The position numbers and the translations under genes were made by a program. Of a stretch of 64,000 nucleotides of DNA, positions 38,705-49,009 are shown one piece after another. Under the pieces are notes generated by a model that searched no databases, had not been told where the DNA came from, and saw nothing but the letters and a program-made list of their open reading frames with translations. Positions within the stretch are counted from its first letter, which is position 1, and each line of letters opens with the position of its first letter. This DNA is from Candidatus Omnitrophota bacterium (GTDB lineage: Bacteria; Omnitrophota; Gorgyraeia; Gygaellales; Profunditerraquicolaceae): assembly GCA_050012075.1 (NCBI GenBank), contig JBEKHW010000001.1:68766-132765 (forward strand), given 5' to 3'.

Positions 38705-40999
38705 TTAACACTTGGAAAAACCGCAGGCATGGCATTTCACGCAACCTTCCTCATGGCGTAAAGCGCCGCCGCAATCAGGACAGACACCGACGATATTTAC
38801 CTGGTCATCAAGGTCAAGGCTAGGATGCTCATCTTCATGCGAGTGCTTCATTGCCACAGACTCAGCCTCAACCGCTACCTGCATTGCCCTGGAATTTACC
38901 AGCCTTCTTTCTACGACCCTGGCAATAGCGTCAGCGCAGGAGAAGATACGCTGCCCCTTTTCCCAGGAGGGAGAAGGACAGCGGATATTGCGTAATTGCT
39001 CGATAATCGATTTTACTTCTATTCCGGAACGAAAACCTAAAGAGACGAGGCGCCCGAGTGCCTCCAGCTGCGACGCAGCGCATCCGCCTGCCTTACCCAT
39101 CTGGGTAAAAAGCTCAAAAGGCTTACCATCCTCGTCAACATTTATAGTAACATAAAGATTGCCGCAACCGGTAGCTACCTTGGTAGTCGTGCCGATAATT
39201 ACTTCAGGCCTTGGCCGGGGGGCAATCTCCTTTTTAAACTCCGGCGCTTTCTGCCCCTGCTTATCCTGCTCAGGACTACCCACATTCAAAACCTGCTCCT
39301 CGCGGCTCTTGTCCCGGTAAATGGTAATTCCTTTACAGCCGAGGTTATATGCCAATAAATAGGAGCTTCTTACGTCTTCGATTGTAGCTTCATGCGGAAA
39401 ATTTATTGTCTTGGAAGTCGCGTTATGCACATATTTTTGGAAGGCCGCCTGCATGCGTACGTGCCATTCGGGGCTGATATCATGGGCGGTTACAAATGCC
39501 CTTTTTACCTCATCGGGTATGCCGTCCACATCCTGTATTGAACAGTTCTCTGCAACTTTCTGCATAAGCTCCCTGCTGTAAAAACCCTTTTCGCGCGCGA
39601 CTTCTTCAAAGAGGGGATCTACCTCCACAAGCTTATCATTATCCATTACTTTACGGTAATAACAGAGGGCAAACAGGGGTTCAATTCCCGAAGAGCAGGG
39701 CCCGGCAATAATACTGATAGTGCCGGTAGGCGCAATTGTAGTCAGAGTTGCATTACGCATTCTCATAGCGCCTTCTTTTTTATCATAGGCGCTCCCCTTA
39801 AAAGCGGGGAATACACCTTTACTGCTGCCTAACTCTAGCGACTTCCTGGTTGATTCATTAAGTATGAATGACATTATCTTCTCGGCCAAAGCTACAGCCT
39901 CTTCACTATTGTAGGGAATATTAAGGCGGATAAGGAGGCTGGCCCAACCCATAACGCCAAGGCCGACCTTTCGCGTCAGCTTTGTCGCCTTCTCTATCTG
40001 CGGCAGTGGAAATTTGTTTACATCGATGAGGTTATCCAAGAAATGCACGGCCAAGTGCGTTACCTCTTTTAATTTATCCCAGTCTATCTCGATACGGCCG
40101 CCTACCTTTTTGTACATGCGGTCAAGATTTATAGAACCCAGGTCGCAACTCTCATAAGGCAACAGAGGCTGTTCTCCGCAAGGGTTAGTCGACTCAATAC
40201 TGCCTAATTTAGGGGTAGGGTTATACTGGTTAATGCGGTCGATAAAAATAATACCCGGCTCTCCGTTCTTGTGCGCCTGTTTTACAATCAGCTCAAAGAC
40301 CTCTTTGGTATTAATACGTTTTACCGGCTTATGGGTATGAGGGTCAATAAGATCGTAATCCTGGCCCTTCTCCAACTTCTTCATGAAATCATCGGTAACA
40401 GCCACGGAAATATTAAAATTAGTAATCTGTTTGTTTTGGTCTTTACAAGTAGTAAACTCCAGAATATCCGGATGGTCTACGCGTAAAATACCCATGTTGG
40501 CGCCGCGGCGCGTACCGCCTTGTTTTACCGCCTCGGTCGCAGCGTCATATACGCGCATGAAAGATATCGGGCCTGAAGCAATACCTCCGGTTGAACGCAC
40601 CACCGCGTTCTTGGGCCGCAGGCGCGAGAAAGAAAAACCTGTACCGCCGCCGGATTTATGAATGAGGCTTGTAACTTTTAGCGTTTCAAAAATCGACTCC
40701 ATTGAATCGTCGATAGGCAACGTAAAACAGGCGGAAAGCTGCCCCAGGTCTTTTCCGGCGTTCATCAGGCAGGGAGAATTTGGAAGGAATTCCAGATTTG
40801 TCATGATGCGATAAAATGATTGCGTAAGTTCGGCTGTTTCCTTTTCGCTTTTTCCGTATAATTTCTCTGCGGCTGCAATGGCGCTAGCAACGCGCATAAA
40901 CATCTGCTCTGGAGTCTCTGTGGTCTTACCCTGTTCATCCCTGGTAAGATACCTCCTCTCCAATACCTTGAGCGCATTACTAGAAAGGTTCAATTTCAT
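38705..40999 (-). CDS. nrdJ: Class II (B12-dependent) ribonucleotide reductase
   Basis: FLPNSP.L.NAG, LSACF, TNPCGEQPL, TIAPTGT, TSCPD-like domain and C-terminal Zn ribbon. Confidence 0.95.
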   Translation of the reverse strand: MKLNLSSNALKVLERRYLTRDEQGKTTETPEQMFMRVASAIAAAEKLYGKSEKETAELTQSFYRIMTNLEFLPNSPCLMNAGKDLGQLSACFTLPIDDSMESIFETLKVTSLIHKSGGGTGFSFSRLRPKNAVVRSTGGIASGPISFMRVYDAATEAVKQGGTRRGANMGILRVDHPDILEFTTCKDQNKQITNFNISVAVTDDFMKKLEKGQDYDLIDPHTHKPVKRINTKEVFELIVKQAHKNGEPGIIFIDRINQYNPTPKLGSIESTNPCGEQPLLPYESCDLGSINLDRMYKKVGGRIEIDWDKLKEVTHLAVHFLDNLIDVNKFPLPQIEKATKLTRKVGLGVMGWASLLIRLNIPYNSEEAVALAEKIMSFILNESTRKSLELGSSKGVFPAFKGSAYDKKEGAMRMRNATLTTIAPTGTISIIAGPCSSGIEPLFALCYYRKVMDNDKLVEVDPLFEEVAREKGFYSRELMQKVAENCSIQDVDGIPDEVKRAFVTAHDISPEWHVRMQAAFQKYVHNATSKTINFPHEATIEDVRSSYLLAYNLGCKGITIYRDKSREEQVLNVGSPEQDKQGQKAPEFKKEIAPRPRPEVIIGTTTKVATGCGNLYVTINVDEDGKPFELFTQMGKAGGCAASQLEALGRLVSLGFRSGIEVKSIIEQLRNIRCPSPSWEKGQRIFSCADAIARVVERRLVNSRAMQVAVEAESVAMKHSHEDEHPSLDLDDQVNIVGVCPDCGGALRHEEGCVKCHACGFSKC

Positions 41000-41048
41000 C
41001 TTACACCCCTGTTTTTAGATAATTTATGATTTCGGCTGGCAGTTATCA

Positions 41049-41076
41049 AGTATAACACGCTTACATTCCTTGTCAA
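41049..41076 (-). promoter_or_regulatory. sigma70-type promoter of nrdJ
   Basis: TTGACA-N16-TATACT with a TG extension. Confidence 0.75.
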
Positions 41077-41082
41077 CAAAAA

Positions 41083-41129
41083 ATACAACGTGTAGTATCT
41101 TTGTGCGGTTGATATACAATAAATTGTGC
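41083..41129. promoter_or_regulatory. Tandem NrdR boxes
   Basis: ATACAACGTGTAGTAT (41083) and ATACAATAAATTGTGC (41114), 31 bp apart, upstream of nrdJ. Confidence 0.7.
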
Positions 41130-41139
41130 AAGAGCTATT

Positions 41140-42171
41140 TTAGCGTCCTGGCCCGAATGGGCGGCAGGATTCACGGATTACCAGCTCCGTAGGCAGGAGT
41201 ATTTTCTTAACCTGCGTTTCTTTTTTCTCATTCATCAGCCGGTACAATTCCTTCACGCCATCCTCTGCCATTTTTATCAAGGGCTGCCTTACGGTAGATA
41301 GAGCTACCGGGCCGTAAAGGCCGGATGGATTATCGTCAAACCCCACGATAGACAGGTCCCTGGGGATATCTTTACCCATCTCTCTTGCCACGGCCATTAC
41401 CTCAAGGGCCATTGAATCCGAAGCCACAAATACCGCGCTGGGGGGTGTAGGCATCTTAAGCATCCGGTCTGCGGCAAGGCGTGCCTGCCCCCGCGAGTAA
41501 TCAGTATTAAAAATATATTTGGGGTCAAATTTTATATTATTCTTTTTTAAAGCGCGCTTGTAACCTTCCAGGCGAAGGCTGGCCGCCTGCGTGACCACAT
41601 CGCCGGTGATATGAGCGATTTTTTTATGTCCAAGCGTTATAAGATAGTTCACCGCGTCTTGGGCGCCTCCCGCATTATCAATGGCAATACAACTTACGTT
41701 AAGGTCTTCGGCATAATGATTGATTACCACGCAGGCGATCTTTTTCGAAAGCGCGTCTTCTAACTGCGCCCTGTTAGCGATGATATCGGCGAAAATCATA
41801 CCCCCGACTCCCCTTACATTAAGGGGGGAGCGGGCATCTGTCAGGCGCAGGAGTAAATCCAGTTTAAGTGCGGCGCAAAGTGTCCCTATACCGCGGATTA
41901 ATTCCAGCGCATAAAAAGAATAGAAGACGCCTTCGTAACGCGGTATGACCAGGGCCACTACATTGCTTTTTCCAGTTGCCAGGCGCTGGGCAAAAATAGA
42001 AGGTTCAAATTTCAACTGTTTTACGGCGTCAAGGACCTTAATCTTGTTTTTTTCTTTTACGGTACCGATTTTATTGATGACGCGGGAAACTGTAGTGATG
42101 GATACGCCGGCGAGCTTAGCAACATCTTCTATGGAGATAGGCCTTGAGGCAGTTCTTCTGATACGGGTCAT
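41140..42171 (-). CDS. LacI family regulator
   Basis: SIEDVAKLAGVSITTVSRVIN HTH; DLSIVGFDD and LSTVRQP motifs. Confidence 0.95.
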   Translation of the reverse strand: MTRIRRTASRPISIEDVAKLAGVSITTVSRVINKIGTVKEKNKIKVLDAVKQLKFEPSIFAQRLATGKSNVVALVIPRYEGVFYSFYALELIRGIGTLCAALKLDLLLRLTDARSPLNVRGVGGMIFADIIANRAQLEDALSKKIACVVINHYAEDLNVSCIAIDNAGGAQDAVNYLITLGHKKIAHITGDVVTQAASLRLEGYKRALKKNNIKFDPKYIFNTDYSRGQARLAADRMLKMPTPPSAVFVASDSMALEVMAVAREMGKDIPRDLSIVGFDDNPSGLYGPVALSTVRQPLIKMAEDGVKELYRLMNEKKETQVKKILLPTELVIRESCRPFGPGR

Positions 42172-42201
42172 ATACGAAAAAAAATGAGGACTCTTTAGAA
42201 T

Positions 42202-43374
42202 CTATTTTATAATATCGCCTATTTGTAGTGGAATCGCTTCCTGTTTTATATCGCAGGCAGAAATATCGTTACGCGTCTGTGTCACTTCAAGGAGCGCTAT
42301 GATTTTACCCTGCCGGTATGCCTGTAAGGTATCGCCGGCCTTGAGGCCTGCCCTGTCGCCTAAATCCACGATTACAAAATTATTTTCCCTGTTTACCGCC
42401 ACTATCTTACCTTCGAATGCGCTTGAAGAAGTAACTGCTGCCGGTTCCGGCACGGTAGAGGCGGGCCGCACGACGATAGGCGGAAGCTCAACCGATTCTT
42501 TACCTTTGTCTTCTTGCGTGGCGGCCTTACTTTGACGTATAGCATCAATCTGCCCCTTTAGGACAGAAGAACTACCCGTGTTCTCAATAAGCATAGTTTC
42601 CATTTCATTTATCCTTCGTTCGAGGCCGTCATTATGCGACTGAAGATTTTCTATCTTTCTGTCCAGGGTGACTTTTCGTCCATTCAGGCTGTTCAATTGA
42701 CGCATCAAAGTTATGTTCTCCTGTTTCAGCGTCTTGTAATTATCCTGAATCTTTGTCCGGTCGTTCCTCTCGCGCACGAGCTCCGTGGCGACGCTATCCA
42801 TCATCTTACGGTTATACTCCAGCTGCCTCGTCAGGTCACTACGTTCCCGCTTGTAATTCTTTACTTCTAATTCAAGGTTGGCCTTTTCTTTCTGCAGCTG
42901 TTCATTAGCCAGTTGCAATGTATTAAAGTTCTTACGCATATCTTCCAGTTGTAACCCCAGCGCCGTTTTATCTTTTATAATACCTGCCCAGTATTCATCG
43001 GCGGTAGGCGGGGGCGCTACTTCTTGCGGCTGTGGTTGTATTGCGACCGGCGCAGGATTAGACACCGTCCGCTTTAATCTATTGGTCAGTTCATTACGTT
43101 CACTTATGGCCTGAGTTAAATTTTTCTCGAGTTCGCTTTTCTGCTGAGCAGCTGTTTCCAGGTCTCTCTTTGCAGTGGCAAGCTTATTGTCGTAATCGCG
43201 GATACTGGACTCAAGCTTATCGAGTTTACCGGTTAAGGTAACATTTTCCTTCTTCAGGTCATTCCTCTCTCTCGTGATCGCCTGCTTTGAGAGAAAAATC
43301 TGCACAAAAAGAAACAGGAAAACCAGGGCTATGCCGCAAACTCCGATTACCAGGAATTTAATCTTCTGGTCCAT
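42202..43374 (-). CDS. Membrane-anchored coiled-coil protein with a C-terminal beta domain
   Basis: N-terminal transmembrane helix, long heptad repeats, GKIVAVN...FVIVDLG...GL..GD tail. Confidence 0.7.
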   Translation of the reverse strand: MDQKIKFLVIGVCGIALVFLFLFVQIFLSKQAITRERNDLKKENVTLTGKLDKLESSIRDYDNKLATAKRDLETAAQQKSELEKNLTQAISERNELTNRLKRTVSNPAPVAIQPQPQEVAPPPTADEYWAGIIKDKTALGLQLEDMRKNFNTLQLANEQLQKEKANLELEVKNYKRERSDLTRQLEYNRKMMDSVATELVRERNDRTKIQDNYKTLKQENITLMRQLNSLNGRKVTLDRKIENLQSHNDGLERRINEMETMLIENTGSSSVLKGQIDAIRQSKAATQEDKGKESVELPPIVVRPASTVPEPAAVTSSSAFEGKIVAVNRENNFVIVDLGDRAGLKAGDTLQAYRQGKIIALLEVTQTRNDISACDIKQEAIPLQIGDIIK

Positions 43375-43385
43375 TCAGCCCTCCT

Positions 43386-44621
43386 CTACCATAATTGGGC
43401 GAACATCCGCTGCTCTACGAGGCTTGCCGCGCCTAATGCCACGGCATTCTCCCGTAATTGCGAATAAACAATTTTAAGGCTATCTGTGGTCTCCCGGAAA
43501 GCCCAATCCCGGATAGTAAGACCTACCTTGCTTAAGAAATCTTCTCCCGCCTCTTCGAAACCGCCTCCGATAACCACTACTTCCGGATTCAGGAGATTTA
43601 CGAGGAACGCGATTTTTATCCCCAGTCTTTTAGCGGCGTTATCCAGGGCTGCCTGGGCAATGGGGTCTTTTGCGCGTGCGCCGATAAAAATACTTTTTAA
43701 ATCTATGTTATCGATATTGCTGGAGGTAAGCTTAAACAGGGCTTCGGCTTTCTGCCTATCCTTAAGGCACATTGCCTTGGTATCTTCTACTATGCCTAGA
43801 TCCATCTCCCAGCGTTTGATAAAACAGGGATTTCCCGGAGGACAATTGAATAAATCCTGTTCCTTAAAATTGTAAATAGATACCTCTCCCGCATAACCCT
43901 GCGCCCCGCGGTAGACCTCACCGTTAATAATAATACCGCAGCCGACTCCCGAGAACATATAGAGCGCATCCTTTACGCCGCAACTTAAACCCAGCCAATG
44001 CTCGCCGAAAGAAGCGGCGGTAGCGTCGTTTTCAATCAGCGCCGGCAGGTTAAATTCTTTTTCTATCAGGTCCTTAAGGGGCAGGTCTACAGAGGCGTAA
44101 GTATAATAATGGTCCATCTTCTGGGGCCAATGGATTGAGCCGTTCTCTTTATTTACGAGCCCGGCGATACCGACTCCCACGCCTTTTATATTTGCGGAAT
44201 ATTCTTTGGAACGGCGCAATATTTCGCGCACAATTTCAAGAAGGCACTCCGAGATTTCTTTCACGGAAGCCTTGGGCCTGACCACCTGGGTCTTGGTGAC
44301 GATATTGCCTTTTAAATCCACGAGGAGCCCGACCATATTCATAAGGTTAAGACCCACGCCTATGGCATAACCGGCCTGGGCATTCAAATCCAGCAGCACC
44401 GGCCTCCTGCCGCCCTCGGAAACATCGAGTTCTTTTTCCAAGACAATGTTCCTCCTGATGAACTCGTCAATATAATTAGAGATGGTCACCACGTTTATGC
44501 CCATCTCCTTGGAAATATCGGGCCGGCTTACCGGGCCATGCCTGCGTAATATCTCCAATATATCTATATTACGCTTCTCTTTCTCCGTAAGCTCCTCTTT
44601 TTGAAAGTCTAATTGATGCAT
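43386..44621 (-). CDS. ROK family transcriptional regulator
   Basis: N-terminal winged HTH, GGRRP, IENDA, GVGCGIIING and AGEV motifs. Confidence 0.93.
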   Translation of the reverse strand: MHQLDFQKEELTEKEKRNIDILEILRRHGPVSRPDISKEMGINVVTISNYIDEFIRRNIVLEKELDVSEGGRRPVLLDLNAQAGYAIGVGLNLMNMVGLLVDLKGNIVTKTQVVRPKASVKEISECLLEIVREILRRSKEYSANIKGVGVGIAGLVNKENGSIHWPQKMDHYYTYASVDLPLKDLIEKEFNLPALIENDATAASFGEHWLGLSCGVKDALYMFSGVGCGIIINGEVYRGAQGYAGEVSIYNFKEQDLFNCPPGNPCFIKRWEMDLGIVEDTKAMCLKDRQKAEALFKLTSSNIDNIDLKSIFIGARAKDPIAQAALDNAAKRLGIKIAFLVNLLNPEVVVIGGGFEEAGEDFLSKVGLTIRDWAFRETTDSLKIVYSQLRENAVALGAASLVEQRMFAQLW

Positions 44622-44740
44622 TTAGATTTTGCCCTGCGCTTTTTTATGCCTTATTATAAATAATGGGTATAAAAATTTATTTATTTATACTTATACTACT
44701 AAAGAAAATAGTATAAGTCAAGTATTTTTAACGGGTAATG

Positions 44741-46342
44741 TTATTTTACTTCTACGAAGTCAATGTTGCGGTCAAAGAAACCAGAAGGCAGGACTATGAT
44801 AAGATTCAAGACTTTTGTGCCTGCTGATGGGTAGGTTGTGGCAAAACCCGATTGCGAATCCTGGGGCAAAACAGCGCCAGTATTCCCTGACCAGAGATAT
44901 TGCACCTCTGGCTGCATGCATCCGGAGGCCGGCATGTTCACAGAGCAGGTAATCTGAATTTCATTATTTTTATTTATGAAGTAGCGCGAGGCAGTAAGGG
45001 TTGATTTTGCCATATCCAGAAAAGAATTTCCTTCTTTAAGGGAAAGATCCAGGAAGTTTTTGAGGTTATATTCAATAGGCTTCTTGTTCTCTATTTCAGC
45101 AAGGCGCGCCTTGGCCATTGCGGTAATATCCTGGTAATCCGTCCCTGCCAGGGCAATAAGTTTATTGTAATAATTCTTGGCGGACTCTGTATCATCCTGC
45201 CATTGCGCTAAAAGCCCCAGTTGATATAAGCTTGATATTACATAGGGGCCAATTTCTTTCTTATCCGCTAATTTATTAAAATATGACCTGCCCGAAGATA
45301 CGTCCCTTAGGACATAGACGGAAATAACGCCGGCTTTAAAATTTGCTTCATTTATAAAAGCGCTCTCGGGATAGTGTTTCAATAATTCCACATACGCGTC
45401 TTTTGCCTTTATGAGTTCTTTTGCCTTTTCCAGGTTAATGGCGCGCGCATATTGAATATCTTCCTTAGATACTCCCGCGCTACACAAATCCTGTGCCTTC
45501 TCAAACACCTTCTCCGCATAAAGAGGGTCTTTTAACCCGCTATCCTTATATGTAAAAAGAGCGGCTATCTCCGTTATCTCCGCAGCAAAAAAACAGGCCT
45601 TTTCTTTCGGCAGGGTTTTGGAGACCTTCTCTATATATAAATCATAAAAATTCTCGGCTAATTCCGGATTTCCTTCATCATAAAAATTCTTTGCGGTGCC
45701 TTTAAGTTGTCCATCGCTAGAAACAGAAGTAATTACCTTATCCGCATAAAGCCGGTACAATTGTTTTGCATCTACCTTCTCACCTGAGGCAAGCAATTTA
45801 TCCGCTACTTCCTTAATTACTTCGGCGTCCTTACCTGTATATCCGGAAACCGCGCTCATAAGCCCGCTAAGCGCCTCTTGCGCAAAAGGATCCTGCTGGT
45901 CGCGATGGAACTGCCACAGTATAAGGCGGCAACGCAATAAAATAGGGCTACCCGGTTCTGCCTTATCAATTACCTTTTGCGCACTGGCAGTGATATCATC
46001 CCGGTAATTATTGCCTTCAGAGAAATATTCATCCCACAATTGCTTCTCTTCCAGGTATTTTAACTGGGTATAACGCGACAACAATATATAATAATTGGCT
46101 GGGACGAAAATACAGCTCTCCTTGGCAGGAAGGGACTTTAAGAAATTCACAAAGTCAGTATACCTATTATCCTTGAAATAAATGCCTTTTAATTCCTCAA
46201 GCGGCCCTGCGATATCGCTTTTACAATCCGCCTTGAGGATCTGTTTTTGCAGGGAAACTAATTCAGGGCTATCGGCGGCTAACCCTTTGGCCGGCAGGAG
46301 ATATGCCAGCATAAAGCTGACTAAAATAATCAAAAACCTCAT
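44741..46342 (-). CDS. Secreted TPR-like helical protein
   Basis: Signal peptide; repeated A...Y..L...YP.S TPR-type patterns. Confidence 0.65.
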   Translation of the reverse strand: MRFLIILVSFMLAYLLPAKGLAADSPELVSLQKQILKADCKSDIAGPLEELKGIYFKDNRYTDFVNFLKSLPAKESCIFVPANYYILLSRYTQLKYLEEKQLWDEYFSEGNNYRDDITASAQKVIDKAEPGSPILLRCRLILWQFHRDQQDPFAQEALSGLMSAVSGYTGKDAEVIKEVADKLLASGEKVDAKQLYRLYADKVITSVSSDGQLKGTAKNFYDEGNPELAENFYDLYIEKVSKTLPKEKACFFAAEITEIAALFTYKDSGLKDPLYAEKVFEKAQDLCSAGVSKEDIQYARAINLEKAKELIKAKDAYVELLKHYPESAFINEANFKAGVISVYVLRDVSSGRSYFNKLADKKEIGPYVISSLYQLGLLAQWQDDTESAKNYYNKLIALAGTDYQDITAMAKARLAEIENKKPIEYNLKNFLDLSLKEGNSFLDMAKSTLTASRYFINKNNEIQITCSVNMPASGCMQPEVQYLWSGNTGAVLPQDSQSGFATTYPSAGTKVLNLIIVLPSGFFDRNIDFVEVK

Positions 46343-47730
46343 TTTGCTTTCTTTCCTTTCAGTTTTTCATTCGGGTGCTGCCAGAATTCCCTGATGACGT
46401 AATAGGCCTTACGCGGAATACGCTTATTTATGCCGTTATCCATATCTTCGGAAAGCGCTACTATCCCGAACCACTCTTCATTCATATTTTTATTGCCCGG
46501 GGCCTGGATATCAAAATAGTAACTGCCGTTTGACCAGTTTGATTCCGTATCGTGCACCTTCCAGCTCTCCGGATTATTCTGGTCATGTTTCCACCATTCA
46601 TCCGTCCATTCAAACATTGTCCCGCCGATACAGTTGCCTGCGCCTTTGGGGTTACCCGCTAAATTCTCGTAAATCTGGCGCCACTGCGACTGTAGGAAAA
46701 ATGCCTGTATATTCTGGTCTTCTTTTTTGAGGTAGGCGTCGTAGTCATCAGCGCCGAATTCCGAGATTAAAATCGGTTTATCAAAGGTAGCGCGTAACGA
46801 CCTGAAAAGATTGCCGAAGGTCTTACCTCTATAGATGATGCAGGCGACTAAATCCACATCCTGGCAAAACTGGTTTGCGTATTCCAGGCTTATCAGTTCG
46901 CCATTTCCCATCGCCACCGGATGCAGGGAATCCAGCTTATGGATCTCTTGAGTTAACTCATTGATGTAGGAATAATAAATTTTTGAGCGCATTGCCTTTT
47001 GTTTCTGGGGGTCTGTTTCCTTATCTATCTCATCGTTTGACCAGGTATTTACCATACCGGTACAGGAATAATTATTCTCGTTGCCCAGTATCCACATAAG
47101 TATGCCGGGTTCATCTTTATAAATTCTAACCATCTCCAAAACCTGTTTTTTTATTTTTTCCTGAAAAGCGCTATCGCCGTAAAAAGGGCAGGGATATTCC
47201 CAGAAACCAAGCCAATCCCCAAGAATCGTGCGGATGCCATAAAGATTATAGAGATCCCTGATGACCTGCCTTACGCTATCAGGATTGTCTCCTACCTGAT
47301 AAATACGGATGGTATTTATTCCCATATCCTTCATAAGCTTGCCGTCAATTAACCAGGGCTTTGCCGGATCAGACCACCAGTCATAATCATGGTTTTTGCC
47401 TATGGGGATGGGATTATAACAGGCGCCTTTTACTATGTAGGCTTTATTATTGACAATTAACTGGTAATTATCAATGCCGGTTTTCTTGATATAAACTTTG
47501 CTGGGCCTGGGTGCGGGAACTGGTTTTAGCGCGGCACCCGGTTTAGGTGCTGCGCAAGAAACACAGGAGAGAAGAAGAAATAAGCCACAGGCTGCAAGCA
47601 AAAATCTCTTGCGACCTGTCAATTTAGGGACGGTTCTCAATTCAATCGAAGAAGTGTCCCGGAACAGGGACGGTTCTCGCTTTGGTTTGAGAACCGTCCC
47701 TGTTTTTGAATTATTCGTATTTAATCTCAT
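46339..47730 (-). CDS. Clan GH-A (GH2-like TIM barrel) glycoside hydrolase, probable lipoprotein; start uncertain (possibly TTG 47622)
   Basis: GINTIR.Y, LGNE (acid/base), ISEFG (nucleophile) and EWTDEWWK motifs. The track's N-terminus reads through a REP element. Confidence 0.75.
   Translation of the reverse strand: MRLNTNNSKTGTVLKPKREPSLFRDTSSIELRTVPKLTGRKRFLLAACGLFLLLSCVSCAAPKPGAALKPVPAPRPSKVYIKKTGIDNYQLIVNNKAYIVKGACYNPIPIGKNHDYDWWSDPAKPWLIDGKLMKDMGINTIRIYQVGDNPDSVRQVIRDLYNLYGIRTILGDWLGFWEYPCPFYGDSAFQEKIKKQVLEMVRIYKDEPGILMWILGNENNYSCTGMVNTWSNDEIDKETDPQKQKAMRSKIYYSYINELTQEIHKLDSLHPVAMGNGELISLEYANQFCQDVDLVACIIYRGKTFGNLFRSLRATFDKPILISEFGADDYDAYLKKEDQNIQAFFLQSQWRQIYENLAGNPKGAGNCIGGTMFEWTDEWWKHDQNNPESWKVHDTESNWSNGSYYFDIQAPGNKNMNEEWFGIVALSEDMDNGINKRIPRKAYYVIREFWQHPNEKLKGKKAK
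47627..47700. repeat. REP doublet (REPIN/MITE-like), reverse orientation
   Basis: 74 bp; differs by one base from 52212-52285. Confidence 0.92.
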
Positions 47731-48925
47731 CCAGATAGAAGGTCGCGCCTTCCGGGTTGTTATCGATATTTGCCGACCAGCAGAATCCTCCGATTACGTA
47801 TGACATATCCTTGCCTTTTAAATCTATTGTATACTGCTGCCAATCTTTGGTAAGGATAACCGGCCCTATCACTGCGCTGTCAGAATCAGAGAACTCTCCC
47901 ATAATGCCGCCAACCTTGAATTCTTCTATGCGTTCGCCGCCCTTTGCGCCCTTAGCCCAAAAGGTTAGCTTTACGGCCTTAGAGAGATCGTATCCGCCAT
48001 CGATGGTGCCCCAGTTGTTCGCGGGATGCTGCCAGAAAATACCTGCCCATCGCGCGCCCTGCGCTGCTTTGCCGTTGTAGATAATCTTGATGCAGCTGTC
48101 GCCTAAATAGGCGTCTTCGCGGGAGGCATTATCATATTTTATATCTCCGTAATCACCCATCCAGCCTGAAGGAATAAAATGATTTTTAGGTGATGAGCTG
48201 TCGGAATAGATATAAAATGGCATTGCCTCGGATTTTTTTGCCTCAGGCTTCATGGCAGTATCTGCTTCATATTTGACGTCATCAATATAGAATGTGCAGC
48301 CTTGCGGAGCGAGGTCCGAGGTAATCACCCAGCCAAACCCTCCGTTTATATAGGAAAGGTCTTTGCCTGCCAGGTTAACCGTATATTGTTTCCAGGTATC
48401 TGTCAATTCAATCGGCCCCATTTCTACTGATGTTGAATCAGGATACACGCCTTTTATGCCGCCGACTATCACCTTTTGCAGGACCTCGCCGCCCTTTGCG
48501 CCCTTTGCCCAAAAGGTAAGTTTGGTCATGCCGGTAAGGTCAAAGCCGCCTTTTTTATTTCCCCAGTTGTTGGCGGGATTCTGCCAATAAACACCTGCCC
48601 AGCCCAATCCTTGCGATTTCTTGGCGCTGTAGGTAAATTGAATACAGGTGGTGCCGGAATGAGGGGTCTCCGTCGCCTGGTCGTTCATCTTGATATCGCC
48701 GTAATCACCCATCCAGCCTGAAGGAATAAAATGATTTTCGCGGTTAGCCTTATCGCTATAGACCGCAAATTCCTTTTTTTCCGGGGCTTTTGGTGCTACC
48801 GTTACCGTCGTAGCTGCCGTTGACACAGTCGTTGTCGTAGTTGTGGTAGTATTGGCAACTTCTTCGGCAAATACGCATGGCGTAATTACCGCAAGAACAG
48901 CCAAAATTACTAATAACTTTTTCAT
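47711..48925 (-). CDS. Secreted protein with two tandem carbohydrate-binding-module-like domains
   Basis: Signal peptide, Thr-rich linker, two copies of NHFIPSGWMGDYGDIK...WAG..WQ.PANNWG...KLTFWAKGAKGGE. Confidence 0.7.
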   Translation of the reverse strand: MKKLLVILAVLAVITPCVFAEEVANTTTTTTTTVSTAATTVTVAPKAPEKKEFAVYSDKANRENHFIPSGWMGDYGDIKMNDQATETPHSGTTCIQFTYSAKKSQGLGWAGVYWQNPANNWGNKKGGFDLTGMTKLTFWAKGAKGGEVLQKVIVGGIKGVYPDSTSVEMGPIELTDTWKQYTVNLAGKDLSYINGGFGWVITSDLAPQGCTFYIDDVKYEADTAMKPEAKKSEAMPFYIYSDSSSPKNHFIPSGWMGDYGDIKYDNASREDAYLGDSCIKIIYNGKAAQGARWAGIFWQHPANNWGTIDGGYDLSKAVKLTFWAKGAKGGERIEEFKVGGIMGEFSDSDSAVIGPVILTKDWQQYTIDLKGKDMSYVIGGFCWSANIDNNPEGATFYLDEIKYE

Positions 48926-48939
48926 ACACACCTCCTCAT

Positions 48940-49008
48940 TTGGTTCATGGTTCATGGCAAAATATTCTACTATGAACTATGAACTATCAACTATCAACTA
49001 TGAACTAT
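48940..49008. repeat. 7-bp tandem repeats (ACTATGA/ACTATCA) with short inverted copies
   Basis: tggttca tggttca ... actatga actatga actatca actatca actatga. Confidence 0.8.
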
Positions 49009-49009
49009 A

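Noticed and set aside
38705-41139. Intein in nrdJ or cobalamin riboswitch upstream
   Set aside because: Length and motifs are contiguous with no intein signature, and the short leader holds only a promoter and NrdR boxes.
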